Origin: an uncultured bacterium
GTDB taxonomy: Bacteria; Patescibacteriota; JACMRA01
Direction of reading: 5' to 3'
NCBI GenBank assembly: GCA_963704645.1
Contig: OY969926.1
Span: 448,001-512,000 of the forward strand
DNA: 64,000 bases
The position numbers were made by a program, and so were the translations under genes. Of this stretch, positions 9,710-20,343 are shown in pieces. Under the pieces are notes generated by a model. It did not search any database and was not told the DNA's origin. It worked only from the letters and a program-made list of their open reading frames with translations. Each line of letters starts with the position of its first letter. The first letter of the stretch is position 1.

Positions 9710-10723
9710 ATGGAAACGATTGAATTTCTAAGAATGTGTCTCGCAAGCTTCGCCGCTACAGGTAATAATTGCGTAAGTTCTAAAAACAATATGCCATTCA
9801 ATATTTTAAATTTCCTTGTTTCGCCAATTTTTACAGATTGGACTAATAGGCAGCAAGTGCTTAATTCGGTACAGTTTGGGTTAACTTCTTTGCTTACTTT
9901 TTTAATTCCGCTATTGGTTATTTTGTTTGAAAAAAGAGATGAATTTAATTCGTTGGATAAAAAGTTAATTGAAAAAATTTCTAAAATAAGGCTAATTTTT
10001 TTGGCTATAATTATATTTGTATTAATTACTGTTTTCTCTTCTGAAATTTATGTTTGGACTGCTATAGTTTACCTTATAACTTCAGGCTTTTTGGTTTATA
10101 GAACAGTGGAAATTATTAATTTTATATTGAACCGAGATAAATATAGACAACGTGAAATTTTAAACTCTACGGATGAAGAAACTTTAGACTATTTTGAAGA
10201 GTTTTTCTTAGGTGGAAATAGTAAAAGTTCTAATGGAATTTCAAGTAGAAGTTATTTAAAAGTTTTTAGTAAAGAGCAACTAATGATAAGTTTATTCGTT
10301 CAGAACCTAGACAAAAAAATTTCTCATTTTCCAAAGTTAAAGCCAGAAGAAACTGATTTTATAAATAAAATGCTAGATACTCTTTCCTCTGGTCTCAATA
10401 ATATTGATATATCTAATTTAACTGAATATAAAAGCAATAAAATGGATATATCTCTGTTTGAAAATTTATTAAAATGGCATTTAAAAGTTTGGAAACTAAG
10501 AAATAAACTTAGAGGAGATAAAAATGATCAACGTTGGATGATTGTTGAAAGTCATCTTAATGGCTTAATTCAAGATATTCACAAGCTAGGAGAAAAGTTA
10601 GGTGTTGAAATTGTACAAAAATTACTAGACTTAAATGCTCAAAAAACAAAACAAGAAAGAGAAGACGGCTACAGGATAATATTTTTTACAATAAAAAAAG
10701 CCCTTAAAAAGGGTGGGGCTTAA
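9710..10723 (+). CDS. Hypothetical membrane protein
   Basis: About 3 TM segments followed by a helical soluble region; start uncertain. Confidence 0.65.
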   Translation: METIEFLRMCLASFAATGNNCVSSKNNMPFNILNFLVSPIFTDWTNRQQVLNSVQFGLTSLLTFLIPLLVILFEKRDEFNSLDKKLIEKISKIRLIFLAIIIFVLITVFSSEIYVWTAIVYLITSGFLVYRTVEIINFILNRDKYRQREILNSTDEETLDYFEEFFLGGNSKSSNGISSRSYLKVFSKEQLMISLFVQNLDKKISHFPKLKPEETDFINKMLDTLSSGLNNIDISNLTEYKSNKMDISLFENLLKWHLKVWKLRNKLRGDKNDQRWMIVESHLNGLIQDIHKLGEKLGVEIVQKLLDLNAQKTKQEREDGYRIIFFTIKKALKKGGA

Positions 10724-10738
10724 TTATGTTATTTTGCT

Positions 10739-11533
10739 CTATAGATAACTTAGAATTAATTCAAAATCTGGATAGGAATGGGTAAATTTATTTTGCTCTA
10801 TAAATTTTTTATCGGAAGACTTGAAATATTCAAACAACTTTTTACTTTCTTCAAAAGGAATGGTTGTATCTCCTGTGTATCCAAACTGTCTTACTTTAAT
10901 GGTAACTTTCTCAGCGTTTTTACTGGAGTTAAATATTTCACTAGTAAAACCACATAAAATAGAATAGCTTCTAAAGCACATACTTTGAATACTGCTGAAG
11001 GTATTTACTACTATTAATTGTTTGGCATTTGGTTTTTGTGAGGCCAAGTAAACAGCTGTTGAGCCTCCTAGAGAATGTCCAAAAATTGTAATTTTATTTT
11101 CAGGAACTTTTTTTGTTTCTACTAGCCAATTGTATGTTACGGTTGCTGTTTCATAAGCATTTTCCATTGTTGGAGCTCCCTCAGATTCACTGTAACCAGG
11201 ATATGCCGGAGAAATAACATTGCCTTTTTTTACCAATTCAGGGAAAAAGTGAACTAATCTACCAGCGTTTCCATGTAAGTAAATTATATACTCATCACTG
11301 TTTTTATTTTCAAACTCCCAAATTGATATGTATTTGTTTTGATTATTTTTTATAAATTCAGTTTTTTGCCCAAATTCTGGTACAGAGGCCCAACTAACCT
11401 TGTTATCGAATACCAAGCTTCCTGCCTGCCCAGTTAAATATAGTGAACCTAGTAACCAAACAACAATTATAATAACAAAAGAAGTTAAAAGATACTTTAA
11501 AATCTTGTATGTTTTAAAAAAGGTTGTATTCAT
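10739..11533 (-). CDS. Alpha/beta hydrolase with N-terminal TM segment
   Basis: LHGNAG, YPGY and GHSLGG nucleophile motif. Confidence 0.9.
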   Translation of the reverse strand: MNTTFFKTYKILKYLLTSFVIIIVVWLLGSLYLTGQAGSLVFDNKVSWASVPEFGQKTEFIKNNQNKYISIWEFENKNSDEYIIYLHGNAGRLVHFFPELVKKGNVISPAYPGYSESEGAPTMENAYETATVTYNWLVETKKVPENKITIFGHSLGGSTAVYLASQKPNAKQLIVVNTFSSIQSMCFRSYSILCGFTSEIFNSSKNAEKVTIKVRQFGYTGDTTIPFEESKKLFEYFKSSDKKFIEQNKFTHSYPDFELILSYL

Positions 11534-11539
11534 AATAAC

Positions 11540-12025
11540 TTAGGCTTTAATACTGCCTTCTTTCTCTTCTAACTCGGAATTATATTTATTAATATTTACA
11601 CAGTAAAAAATATGGCTTATAAGGAAAACAAAACTTGGGAAAAACCATAAAATAATAAAAGGGAATTCCTGTACAAATTTATTAGAAGAGAATATTGCGG
11701 TACCAAAAATATTAAGTAGTGTAGGTAATATATAATAAAAAACAGCAAGTATCATAATTACATTATTACTAGAAACCTTCTTTAATTTCTTAATAGAAGC
11801 TGGCACTCCTCCCATTATTGCAATTAAAAATATACCCAGTGTTAAACCTAGTAGTGAGCCAAGTGTGTCAAAAAACCAAACTCCTGTTGCCTCATTGCCT
11901 TGTGAAGCAAATGTACTGTAACGATATATTACATTGAAGAAATTAATCACACCCCAACCAATTACCCAAGTGTTAAAGAATTGGCGAAAAACAGACTCGT
12001 ACCTGTTACTAAATGTTTCAAACAT
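11540..12025 (-). CDS. Hypothetical 4-TM membrane protein
   Basis: Four hydrophobic segments. Confidence 0.65.
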   Translation of the reverse strand: MFETFSNRYESVFRQFFNTWVIGWGVINFFNVIYRYSTFASQGNEATGVWFFDTLGSLLGLTLGIFLIAIMGGVPASIKKLKKVSSNNVIMILAVFYYILPTLLNIFGTAIFSSNKFVQEFPFIILWFFPSFVFLISHIFYCVNINKYNSELEEKEGSIKA

Positions 12026-12085
12026 AAAATTTTAATTTTAATTATTATTAGTCTTAAAATATAAATATATGTCAATAAATATATC

Positions 12086-13027
12086 GAACCTGTCGCCAAT
12101 CTCCAAACAAAAGACACTAGACAAAAATACCTACCAGATACTGTTTTGTAGGCTGTTATGACATACAGTACAGATTTATCTGATAGGCAGTTTAAATACT
12201 TAGAAAAATATCTCCCTTCGTCCAGAAAAACAAAACCATGTAAGTATAGTAAGCATCAATTCATTAATGGAATATTGTATTTACTTAAAACTGGTTGTCA
12301 GTGGAGACTACTTCCAAAAGAATATCCTCCCTTTAGAACAGTACATAAATACTTTAGAAAACTTTCTGGAATTGGTTGTATGGAAAAAATATTATTCTAT
12401 GTTAACACAGACGTTATGAAACAAAGAAAAAAGTATAGAGATAATAATACTTTAAGATTAATCATTGATTCTAAGAGTATAGATTCATCAGAATTATTAT
12501 TATCTAAGTATTCAGGTTTCGATGGCCATAAGAAAGTTAAAGGACTCAAACTGTTTGAATTAATAGATTGTAACAATCTTTGTTGGAGAAGTGCTGTTAT
12601 GCCAGCTAATACTTCTGAGATACAAGGAGCTAAAACAATTATTACTAGAACTTTTGAAAGTAGAAAGTATCCAATTACAAAACAAATACTAGGAGACAAA
12701 GCTTTTAATGGAACTGACTTTGAAAAGTATATTTACAGAAAGTATGGAATAACTGTATTGGGCTTAGAGAAAAGAAGTAACAGAAAGTTTAATCTTCCTG
12801 AAGATATACAAAGACAAGAACAAAGGAAACAAGAAAAGGCTAGTATAATTAAACCTTTTAGATACAAAGTAGAACAGAACTTTGCTCACTTAGTCAGAGC
12901 TAGGAGATTAACAAGAATATGGGAAGTAAAAGCTAAAAGTTATGAGACTTTAGTCAAATTAAGACACTTAGTTCTTGCTTTAGGGAAATTAGACCTATAT
13001 TAGGGTTTGGAGATTGGCGACAGGCTC
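12086..13027 (+). mobile_element. IS5-family insertion sequence, 942 bp
   Basis: 23-bp TIRs GA(A/G)CCTGTCGCCAATCTCCAAAC (22/23 match); ATC duplicated on both flanks. Confidence 0.93.
12158..13003 (+). CDS. IS5-family transposase
   Basis: YSTDLSD, TGCQWRLLP, IIDS, GDKAF and RYKVEQNFA. Confidence 0.95.
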   Translation: MTYSTDLSDRQFKYLEKYLPSSRKTKPCKYSKHQFINGILYLLKTGCQWRLLPKEYPPFRTVHKYFRKLSGIGCMEKILFYVNTDVMKQRKKYRDNNTLRLIIDSKSIDSSELLLSKYSGFDGHKKVKGLKLFELIDCNNLCWRSAVMPANTSEIQGAKTIITRTFESRKYPITKQILGDKAFNGTDFEKYIYRKYGITVLGLEKRSNRKFNLPEDIQRQEQRKQEKASIIKPFRYKVEQNFAHLVRARRLTRIWEVKAKSYETLVKLRHLVLALGKLDLY

Positions 13028-13081
13028 ATCTTACATTCCAATCTCTAGTGCAACACTTAACCCTATAGTATTTTGTAAAAA

Positions 13082-13627
13082 TTAACTCGCTTTGGGTTTA
13101 ATAGTGGCAAAGCTACTGTCTCCCAATAATTTAGCTTCTGCTTCAAAAATATGTTCAAAAGTTATTAAAGAAAGAAAAGTTTTCATTGTTTCTTCAGCAA
13201 CTTCAGGGTGAGATTTTTCTCTTCCACGCATTTGAACTTGCAACTTAACTTTCATACCTTTTTCCAAAAATTCATCAGCCTTTTTAGCCCTAACTTGTAA
13301 ATCGTTAATGCTAACTCTAACTGAAACACGTAAAGTTTTGGTTTCATTTTTGTTGCTAGTAGATTTAGGTTTAGATTTACTTTGTTGATAAGCAAATTTG
13401 TTGTAATCAATAATTTTAACAACTGGTGGTTCAGATTTAGGGTTAATTTCTACTACGTCACAATTTTTTTCTATAGCTAAAGCAATGGCTTCGCTTAGAT
13501 GCATAATTCCCATCATTTGGTTTTCCTCATCTAACACTCTAACTTCGCTTGGTGGAATTTCTTTATTAACCCTGTATTGCTTGGCAACTTCCTTTGGCTG
13601 AGTTCGCTTTCTGCGATAGTTTGTCAT
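13082..13627 (-). CDS. infC: Translation initiation factor IF-3
   Basis: PPVVKIIDYNKF and MRGREKSHPE. Confidence 0.96.
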   Translation of the reverse strand: MTNYRRKRTQPKEVAKQYRVNKEIPPSEVRVLDEENQMMGIMHLSEAIALAIEKNCDVVEINPKSEPPVVKIIDYNKFAYQQSKSKPKSTSNKNETKTLRVSVRVSINDLQVRAKKADEFLEKGMKVKLQVQMRGREKSHPEVAEETMKTFLSLITFEHIFEAEAKLLGDSSFATIKPKAS

Positions 13628-13701
13628 ACCTTATATATGGCTGGCCTCCTCAAGTTTGTCAAGATATTGACATTTACAGGTCAAAATGCTACCTTTTACT
13701 T

Positions 13702-14937
13702 ATGTATATTATAGATTTAGCCTGGTCGTTTTTGTGGGTGTTTTTGCTGGGTGGGTTTTACGCTTTAATTTTTCAAATTTGGGAATGGTGGGATGGTAGA
13801 ATTTTAGATAAAACTATTGGTGGATGGATGGGAAAGCAAAATTATTTGTTGGTAAAATTAATTCCACCTGCAGAAAACTTAAGGTCTATGTCTGAAATGG
13901 AAAACTTTTTCATTAACCTTTCTTCAATTTATGCAGGAAAAAGCAAAAAAGATATTTATGTTGAAGGAAAAACATACGAAAACTTTACATTTGAAGTGCA
14001 TTCTAAGGGTGGAGAAATTAGTATTTATTGTTGGTTAAACCGAAACTTCCTACCATTACTTAGAAGCTCGGTTCTGGCTCATTATCCTGGTACAAATATT
14101 ACAGAAGTTGAAGACCCTTATGCTAAATGGCCTAAAGAATGGAACGGTGGTTTTGATGATTATAGATACATGTATGCCACAGACATTGTATTTGGAAACA
14201 AAAGCGATTTATACCCACTTAAAAGCTGGAAGTCTTTTCAAACTGGCAATTTAAACCCAACCAGTGACCCTTTTGCAACTTTAATTTCTGCTTTAGAACA
14301 TGTTGAAGAAAATGATTATGCTATTTTTCAATTAATTATTAGGCCCTTTTTGGACGTAGAAAAAAAGAAATCTTGGAAGAAAGAGCTGGATACATTAAAG
14401 AAAGATTTAGCAACCAATTCTGTTAGTGAAGTTGGTCCAGGTGGAACGGTTAAACTTTTAACCGAACAGGAAAAATCTTTGTTGAATACGGTTAATTATA
14501 AAATTAGTAGCGAGAATTTTAAATTTAAAATTAAAGTTGCATTCTTTTCTGCAAAAAAAGGCCCTGTTAGAATGCTTGGCCCAATGATGAGCTTCTTTAA
14601 GCAATTAGGTTCTGACCCGCAATTTTTAATGCCAAGTGGAGATACTAAAACTAATCGTGGTGCTGAAGGTGCTATTTTCGGCCCCTTAGAAGATAAGTGG
14701 TATTGGGCAAGGGAAGCTTTGTTTAGAGAAAAGAAAATGTATCTAAGTATTATTAAAAGAAGTTTGGGTAGGGGAACCGCACCTAAGTTTATTGACGTAG
14801 AAAGTTTAACAGCGCTATTTCATTTCCCAATGACTTTCAACTTTGACATTGGTATGATTAACAGAATTTCAAGTAATAACGATAGCAACCAGTCTTCATC
14901 ATCTTTTGGTCAACCGCCTAGTAATTTGCCTACTTAA
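13702..14937 (+). CDS. Membrane-anchored protein resembling the N-terminal domain of the ATPase at 59042
   Basis: FTFEV, YP, Q-L-I-I-R-P and LFHFP motifs shared with the 59042 protein; start ATG 13702. Confidence 0.65.
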   Translation: MYIIDLAWSFLWVFLLGGFYALIFQIWEWWDGRILDKTIGGWMGKQNYLLVKLIPPAENLRSMSEMENFFINLSSIYAGKSKKDIYVEGKTYENFTFEVHSKGGEISIYCWLNRNFLPLLRSSVLAHYPGTNITEVEDPYAKWPKEWNGGFDDYRYMYATDIVFGNKSDLYPLKSWKSFQTGNLNPTSDPFATLISALEHVEENDYAIFQLIIRPFLDVEKKKSWKKELDTLKKDLATNSVSEVGPGGTVKLLTEQEKSLLNTVNYKISSENFKFKIKVAFFSAKKGPVRMLGPMMSFFKQLGSDPQFLMPSGDTKTNRGAEGAIFGPLEDKWYWAREALFREKKMYLSIIKRSLGRGTAPKFIDVESLTALFHFPMTFNFDIGMINRISSNNDSNQSSSSFGQPPSNLPT

Positions 14938-15179
14938 TAAGTGGATTTAATATTTTGAACATTTATAGAATTGAGTCTTATTAACTTAAACTGTAAGTAT
15001 TTCGTAGTAATCAGTGTTGAACACTCAAATGTTGCAGCATAAATATTTTTTGCATATCTAGTAATCACGATTTTAAAGGAAAAGTATATAGGTGTGAAAT
15101 GGAAAAAGTTTAATTTGTGAAATAATCTCCGCAAAATTAAGTCTGTGGAGTTAAAGCTGCTGGATATTTGCCAGTTTTA

Positions 15180-15998
15180 CTAAATATCCAAACTAATTCC
15201 AACAGGACAATGATCACTTCCCATTACATCTTGCAAAATGAAAGCATCTTTTATTAAAGGTAGAAGTTTTTCATCGGCTAAAACGTAATCTATTCTCCAA
15301 CCTACGTTGCGTTCTCTGGCTCTGGTAATTTGATCCCAATAGGAATATTGACCTTCCAAAGTTGGATAGAAATGCCTGAATGTGTCTACAAAACCGTCTT
15401 TTAAAAACCAATCTAAAGCTTCTCTTTCTTCTGGTAAACAACCTGTAGTTTTTCTATTTTCTTTTGGTCTGGCTAAATCTATATCACCTACAGTTGTGTT
15501 AAAATCTCCACATAAAAATACATTTTCGCCTTCGCTTCTAAGTTTGTCAGCAAGTTTCTTTACTTCTTTATAAAACTTAATTTTGTACTCAATTCTGTGT
15601 GGACCACGTCCACCTTGTGGGTAGTAAGCGTTAATTAAAATAAAACTAGGCAATTTGGCACTATCTGTCTTATACTTTGTTAAAATTAATCTGCCTTCTA
15701 CATCAAAATCTTCTACTCCTAAACCAACTTGATTGCTTGTTACTTCTAGTAATTTACCATCCCAAGTATTTTTTTTAGAAAGTGTGGCAACGCCGCTATA
15801 CCCAGATTTCATGGTACAAGAATGAAAATTTAGATTATAGTTTGGATTGTCTAAAACCCCACTGTTCATAATATCAGCCCCAGCTTTAGTTTCTTGAACA
15901 CCTAAAACATCTGCTTGCAACAAATCTAATTTTTCCCAAAAACCCTTTTTAATTCCAGCTCTAATGCCATTAACATTCCAAGAAATAATACGAAACAT
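15180..15998 (-). CDS. xth: Exodeoxyribonuclease III / AP endonuclease
   Basis: SWNVNGIRA, QETK, GDFN, GWRIDY and GSDHCP. Confidence 0.96.
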   Translation of the reverse strand: MFRIISWNVNGIRAGIKKGFWEKLDLLQADVLGVQETKAGADIMNSGVLDNPNYNLNFHSCTMKSGYSGVATLSKKNTWDGKLLEVTSNQVGLGVEDFDVEGRLILTKYKTDSAKLPSFILINAYYPQGGRGPHRIEYKIKFYKEVKKLADKLRSEGENVFLCGDFNTTVGDIDLARPKENRKTTGCLPEEREALDWFLKDGFVDTFRHFYPTLEGQYSYWDQITRARERNVGWRIDYVLADEKLLPLIKDAFILQDVMGSDHCPVGISLDI

Positions 15999-16061
15999 AT
16001 ATGCCCAAACTGTTAAATTTATTTATTTTGTTGTAAATAGAACTGCTGTAAGGTGCTAAAA

Positions 16062-17200
16062 TGAACAAGTCCAAACACATATGATACCAAAGGGTGGTAG
16101 ATTAATAATCCTAAATCTACTATCATATGATCATGTCTTACACTTTGGAAGATAAATTTAAAATAATTGAATACTCATTTAAGCATGGTATTAATTCTAC
16201 ATTAGAAGCATTATCTCTAGATTCAAATCGTAAACTTTCCAGAATAACTTTAATTAGGTGGAGGAAGAAATGGAGAAAAAGTTGTGAACTTAATTATGGA
16301 GCTGGTAACAAATACGATTTAAAGGATAAAAGCAAAAGACCTAATAAATTTAGACAGTCAAATGTACAAGGGAGAATACTTGAGTTTATTCAACAAACTA
16401 GATTGCAATATCCTAATCTAGGTAAAGACAAACTTAAAGTATTGTTAGATGATTACTGTGCAGAACAAAATCTAAAAGAAACAAGTAAAACACTAAAAAC
16501 TATTTCAATTTCAACTATCGGCAGAATAATATCTACTTTTAAAGATCAAAGAATAATACCAGTCTACAAATACTCAAAGCAAGTCTATTTAGACGGTAGA
16601 ACAGGAAGTATTAAACAAAGACTACTAAAACCTAGGAAGCAAGTTAAAACCAGAAGAAAAGAATACCAGCCTAATAGCCCAGGAGATCTAATTCAATTAG
16701 ACGCAATAACCTTTTATCTTAATGGAGTAAAAAGATATTTAATCTGTGCTGTAGATCTAGTTAGTAGATATTCTTTCGTATATGCTTACAAAACATTAAG
16801 TAGTAATAGTACAAAAGACTTCTTCTTAAGAATGCAAGATGTATTCCCTTACCAGATTAAAAGAGTTCAGACAGACAATGGACAAGAAAATCATAAGAAC
16901 TTTGATGAACTGTTAAAATTTAAAGATATTACTCATTTCTGGAACTATCCTAAATCTCCTAAAATGAATGCTTACATAGAAAGATTCAATAGAAGTGTGG
17001 AAGAAGAGTTTGCTAATTATAATCTATGGATACTAAGAGATGATATACAAGCTTTTAATCTAAAATTAATCATGTACCTAGACTTCTACAATAACCAAAG
17101 ACCACATCTGGGTTTAAAAAGAGATATTGGACAATTTATACCACCAATGAAATACCTACAACAATACCATCCTAAGTATCATATGTAGTGAACGGGTACA
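16062..17200 (+). mobile_element. IS481-like insertion sequence
   Basis: Imperfect TIRs sharing ACATATGATAC; right end GTACA; TAAAA on both flanks. Confidence 0.8.
16127..17188 (+). CDS. DDE integrase-core transposase
   Basis: PGDLIQLD, QTDNGQE, PKMNAYIERFNR and YNNQRPH. Confidence 0.93.
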   Translation: MIMSYTLEDKFKIIEYSFKHGINSTLEALSLDSNRKLSRITLIRWRKKWRKSCELNYGAGNKYDLKDKSKRPNKFRQSNVQGRILEFIQQTRLQYPNLGKDKLKVLLDDYCAEQNLKETSKTLKTISISTIGRIISTFKDQRIIPVYKYSKQVYLDGRTGSIKQRLLKPRKQVKTRRKEYQPNSPGDLIQLDAITFYLNGVKRYLICAVDLVSRYSFVYAYKTLSSNSTKDFFLRMQDVFPYQIKRVQTDNGQENHKNFDELLKFKDITHFWNYPKSPKMNAYIERFNRSVEEEFANYNLWILRDDIQAFNLKLIMYLDFYNNQRPHLGLKRDIGQFIPPMKYLQQYHPKYHM

Positions 17201-17282
17201 TAAAATTGACACAAAAATGAAAATTATTTAGTATTAGAAAATAATCACCACTAGGTGCCAGCTCCTCTAACGAGGAGAAAAT

Positions 17283-17668
17283 TTATTTTAGGAGGCAAAT
17301 AATTTTGTTTTTAACGGTATGGAAATTATTGTCAGATAGCTTGCCAATTTTCCCTTCGAACCTTTTTGTATCAATTACTCTAACTTGAGAGGCTAGAGCT
17401 GAAATATCTTCAGACTGAAATTTGAAAATTATATAGTATGGATTTGTTTTAATTTTCGTACTGAGTGGCACCACCCAAGCTAAATTTCGATTAAATTTTT
17501 TAGCACAAGTACAGGCCTGTTGAAAGTTATACCTTTTCCATAGACTTCACCGCCAACGTTTTGGCCAATACTACACCAAAAAACTTCTCCTTCAATAAAG
17601 CTTCTACCAGAATTTTTATTGTTTATTTTATGTTTTAAATGTATCCATTCTAAAAACTGTTGCCACAT
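17283..17668 (-). pseudogene. PemK/MazF-family toxin with a frameshift
   Basis: IGQNVGGE...RPVLVLK and VPLST...SQVRVID halves rejoin if one A is added in the A6 run near 17496-17501. Confidence 0.8.
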
Positions 17669-17845
17669 TTAATAATTCCTACATAATTTGCTGCTTACAG
17701 CAAACTTAAATATACTCAAAGTTTGGACAATATAGTTGTGACTTGAACTTAAGGTAATGACTTAGTAATGATCTGGGCTAACTTACTCTAATTTTAATAG
17801 CCAATCACATTTCATTTATAGAATAGCTTTAATTCAAAAGTGCAA

Positions 17846-18694
17846 TTACTCCACTCCCAATTCCTCAAAAAAATAAGCAAGCCAAACTAAGCAGAACCAA
17901 GCTACTCCAACCCCTGTGGCGGATGAAGTTAAGTAAGCACTAGATTTTATATTAAAAGTTTTGACATCATGCTCCACATTTTCTAGCCAATTGGTAATTT
18001 TTTCTTTGAGGCTGTTTAATTCAAGCTTACTCTCCTCCAAAAGTTCAGGGTGATTTTCTAACCATGAAAAAGTTTTCCCAGATTCTTCCTTCAAATTATT
18101 TCTAAAAATATCCAATAATTCTGGGTTTCCAGCATAAATAGAATTTAGTCTTGGGTTAACTACACCTAAAGCTTCAGGAATTGTTCCAACTAGCTGATGA
18201 TGATCGGTAATAATTAGATCGGCAGTTTTAGTTTGATTCTCCAATTTTAATTTGTTAACCAAATCTGCCTCATCGCGTGAATTTATTCCACAATCTACAC
18301 TTATAATTAAATTAAATTTTTGGCTTAAATCTTGAATAGCGGCGGTGTTCATTCCGTAACCTTCGGTAAATCTGTCTGGGGCATAAAAACTAATATTATT
18401 TTTATCAAAACCAAGTTCAATTAAACCATGATACATTGTAGCTGTAGCAGTAACTGCATCGGTGTCATAATCGCTGTAAATGCATATTGTTTCTTTGGCT
18501 AAATAAGCCTGCAAAAGTCTTAAATTAAATATTTCTACTCCAAAAATATATGGTAAAATTTGGTGATAATCTGTTAAATTTAACTGAGTAAAAAAGTTTG
18601 GCCAATTAGGCTTTTCAAAACCTTCTGGGGCGAAGCGTCTGATGTACTTGTCAATTTTGGAATTTTCTTGAGAGTTGTTCGTTATTTCATTCAT
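17846..18694 (-). CDS. recJ: RecJ exonuclease, N-terminal DHH half
   Basis: DYDTDAVTA, PDRFTEGYG, SVDCG, TDHH, NPR and GVGVAW; ends before the GTVAD motif. Confidence 0.85.
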   Translation of the reverse strand: MNEITNNSQENSKIDKYIRRFAPEGFEKPNWPNFFTQLNLTDYHQILPYIFGVEIFNLRLLQAYLAKETICIYSDYDTDAVTATATMYHGLIELGFDKNNISFYAPDRFTEGYGMNTAAIQDLSQKFNLIISVDCGINSRDEADLVNKLKLENQTKTADLIITDHHQLVGTIPEALGVVNPRLNSIYAGNPELLDIFRNNLKEESGKTFSWLENHPELLEESKLELNSLKEKITNWLENVEHDVKTFNIKSSAYLTSSATGVGVAWFCLVWLAYFFEELGVE

Positions 18695-19015
18695 AATTAT
18701 AATTTCCTTTTATTTCCTTGAATATTAACTATTTAAAGGTGTTTTGAATAGTTTTAAGATTGTAACTAGTTTAATTAGTAGAATCCACTTTAATTAAAAC
18801 TAATTTCATAACCTGATACCAGTCAAAATAAATTTAGTTCATGTCCAAACTTAAATTCAATATTTCAAGTGCAAGATTGGCATTTCATTTAAACTTATGA
18901 ATTTAATTCGCAAAGTTACTTGCACCTGCACTGGCTCAAACACGTTTTGGAAAACAGATTGAGACGGCGTTGATACTTGACCAAGCCGAACATTTTAAAC
19001 TAGTATTAAAAAAAT

Positions 19016-20131
19016 ATGTCTACCCACATAAACCCAAATAGCTTTAATAATTCTAATGTTCAAGTTGTTGAAGTTAGGCCTAAAATGAAAGGATTCTTAT
19101 TTTCGTACATCCTTTTTTCTTTACCAGGTTTTTTAATTGGGCTGGCTTGGTTGGGTATTTCTATTCTAATTTTTATTACAGTTTTTACCGCAGTAATTTT
19201 TAGCTCTCCAAACTCTACGGACGATATAAAGTCTGGCACTTTAACTTTGGAATCTCTGGAAAAAGGTTCAGCCGAGGGAATCTTAATTTACGATTTATCT
19301 GGGGAAATTCAAACCGGCAATAAAAACTTACCAAACACAGCTAGAGATACAGGAATTTACACAGAAATTGTTGCCAAAGATTTCCAAAAAATTAAACAAG
19401 ATTCTAAAATTAAAAATATTGTTTTTCGTTTGAATACTCCAGGTGGATCGGTTTTTGCCTCTCAAGTTTTAGCAGATGAAATTAAAAGCTTGCTAGATTC
19501 TAAAGGTCAAACAGAAGCGGTTTTTTACTACGATCAAATTGCAGCCAGTGGTGGTTTATGGGCAACATATCAAAATAAAAACTATGTTGTAGGTTCAAAA
19601 TACGGCGAAACTGGTTCAATTGGAGTTGTTTTACAAGTAGCAAACTTCAAGAAACTAGCAGATAATATTGGATATTCTCAAACCACAATAAAATCTAGTC
19701 CTAGCAAGGATATTGGCAACCCACTACGCGATCTTTCTGCTGAAGAAGGTAAATTTTTACAGAAGCAAGTAGACACAGAATACGCTAAATTTATTAAAAT
19801 TGTAGCCGAAGGTAGAAATTTATCTGAAATTAAAGTTAAAGAGTTTGCTAATGGTTATGTTTATTCAAATCAGGAAGCATTATCATTTGGGCTGTTAGAT
19901 GAAGTTGGAGGAATAGATAGAGCAATTAAAAGATCTGCTAAAAATGTGAACTTAGTTTCTGGTTACAGTGTCTGGCAAATAAAATCTGAATTAGGTTTCA
20001 TAGATTCTTTGTTAAGCCAGTCTTCAATTTCTAGTTTGGTTAATACAACCACCCAAACTGCTCAGCAAATTAACAGTGCTACCGCTTTGGAAACCGGTGT
20101 AGTTTATGCTATAGAGCCTAGTAGAATGTAG
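19016..20131 (+). CDS. sppA: Signal peptide peptidase, S49 family
   Basis: NTPGGS, AASGG and TGSIGV. Confidence 0.9.
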   Translation: MSTHINPNSFNNSNVQVVEVRPKMKGFLFSYILFSLPGFLIGLAWLGISILIFITVFTAVIFSSPNSTDDIKSGTLTLESLEKGSAEGILIYDLSGEIQTGNKNLPNTARDTGIYTEIVAKDFQKIKQDSKIKNIVFRLNTPGGSVFASQVLADEIKSLLDSKGQTEAVFYYDQIAASGGLWATYQNKNYVVGSKYGETGSIGVVLQVANFKKLADNIGYSQTTIKSSPSKDIGNPLRDLSAEEGKFLQKQVDTEYAKFIKIVAEGRNLSEIKVKEFANGYVYSNQEALSFGLLDEVGGIDRAIKRSAKNVNLVSGYSVWQIKSELGFIDSLLSQSSISSLVNTTTQTAQQINSATALETGVVYAIEPSRM

Positions 20132-20343
20132 TTATAAAAAGGCTTGATTTCCTAAGATTAAATAATATCTATTTGGAGTATTAACTAAAAGATTTTGCCT
20201 TGAACTTGAAGTGTAATGTTTTTAAATTAACAAAAAAATTGCAATCCTTACTTAGATCACTTTTTAAACACTGGAACATTGTTCATACGCAATTCTCTGT
20301 AATGTTAAAAACTAGCATAACCTACTTAAAATAAAACCAAAAG

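Noticed and set aside
14934-15134. 66-aa ORF downstream of xth, and short ORFs at 27735 and 28017
   Set aside because: No motif or clear start signal; treated as intergenic and left out of the stop-codon count
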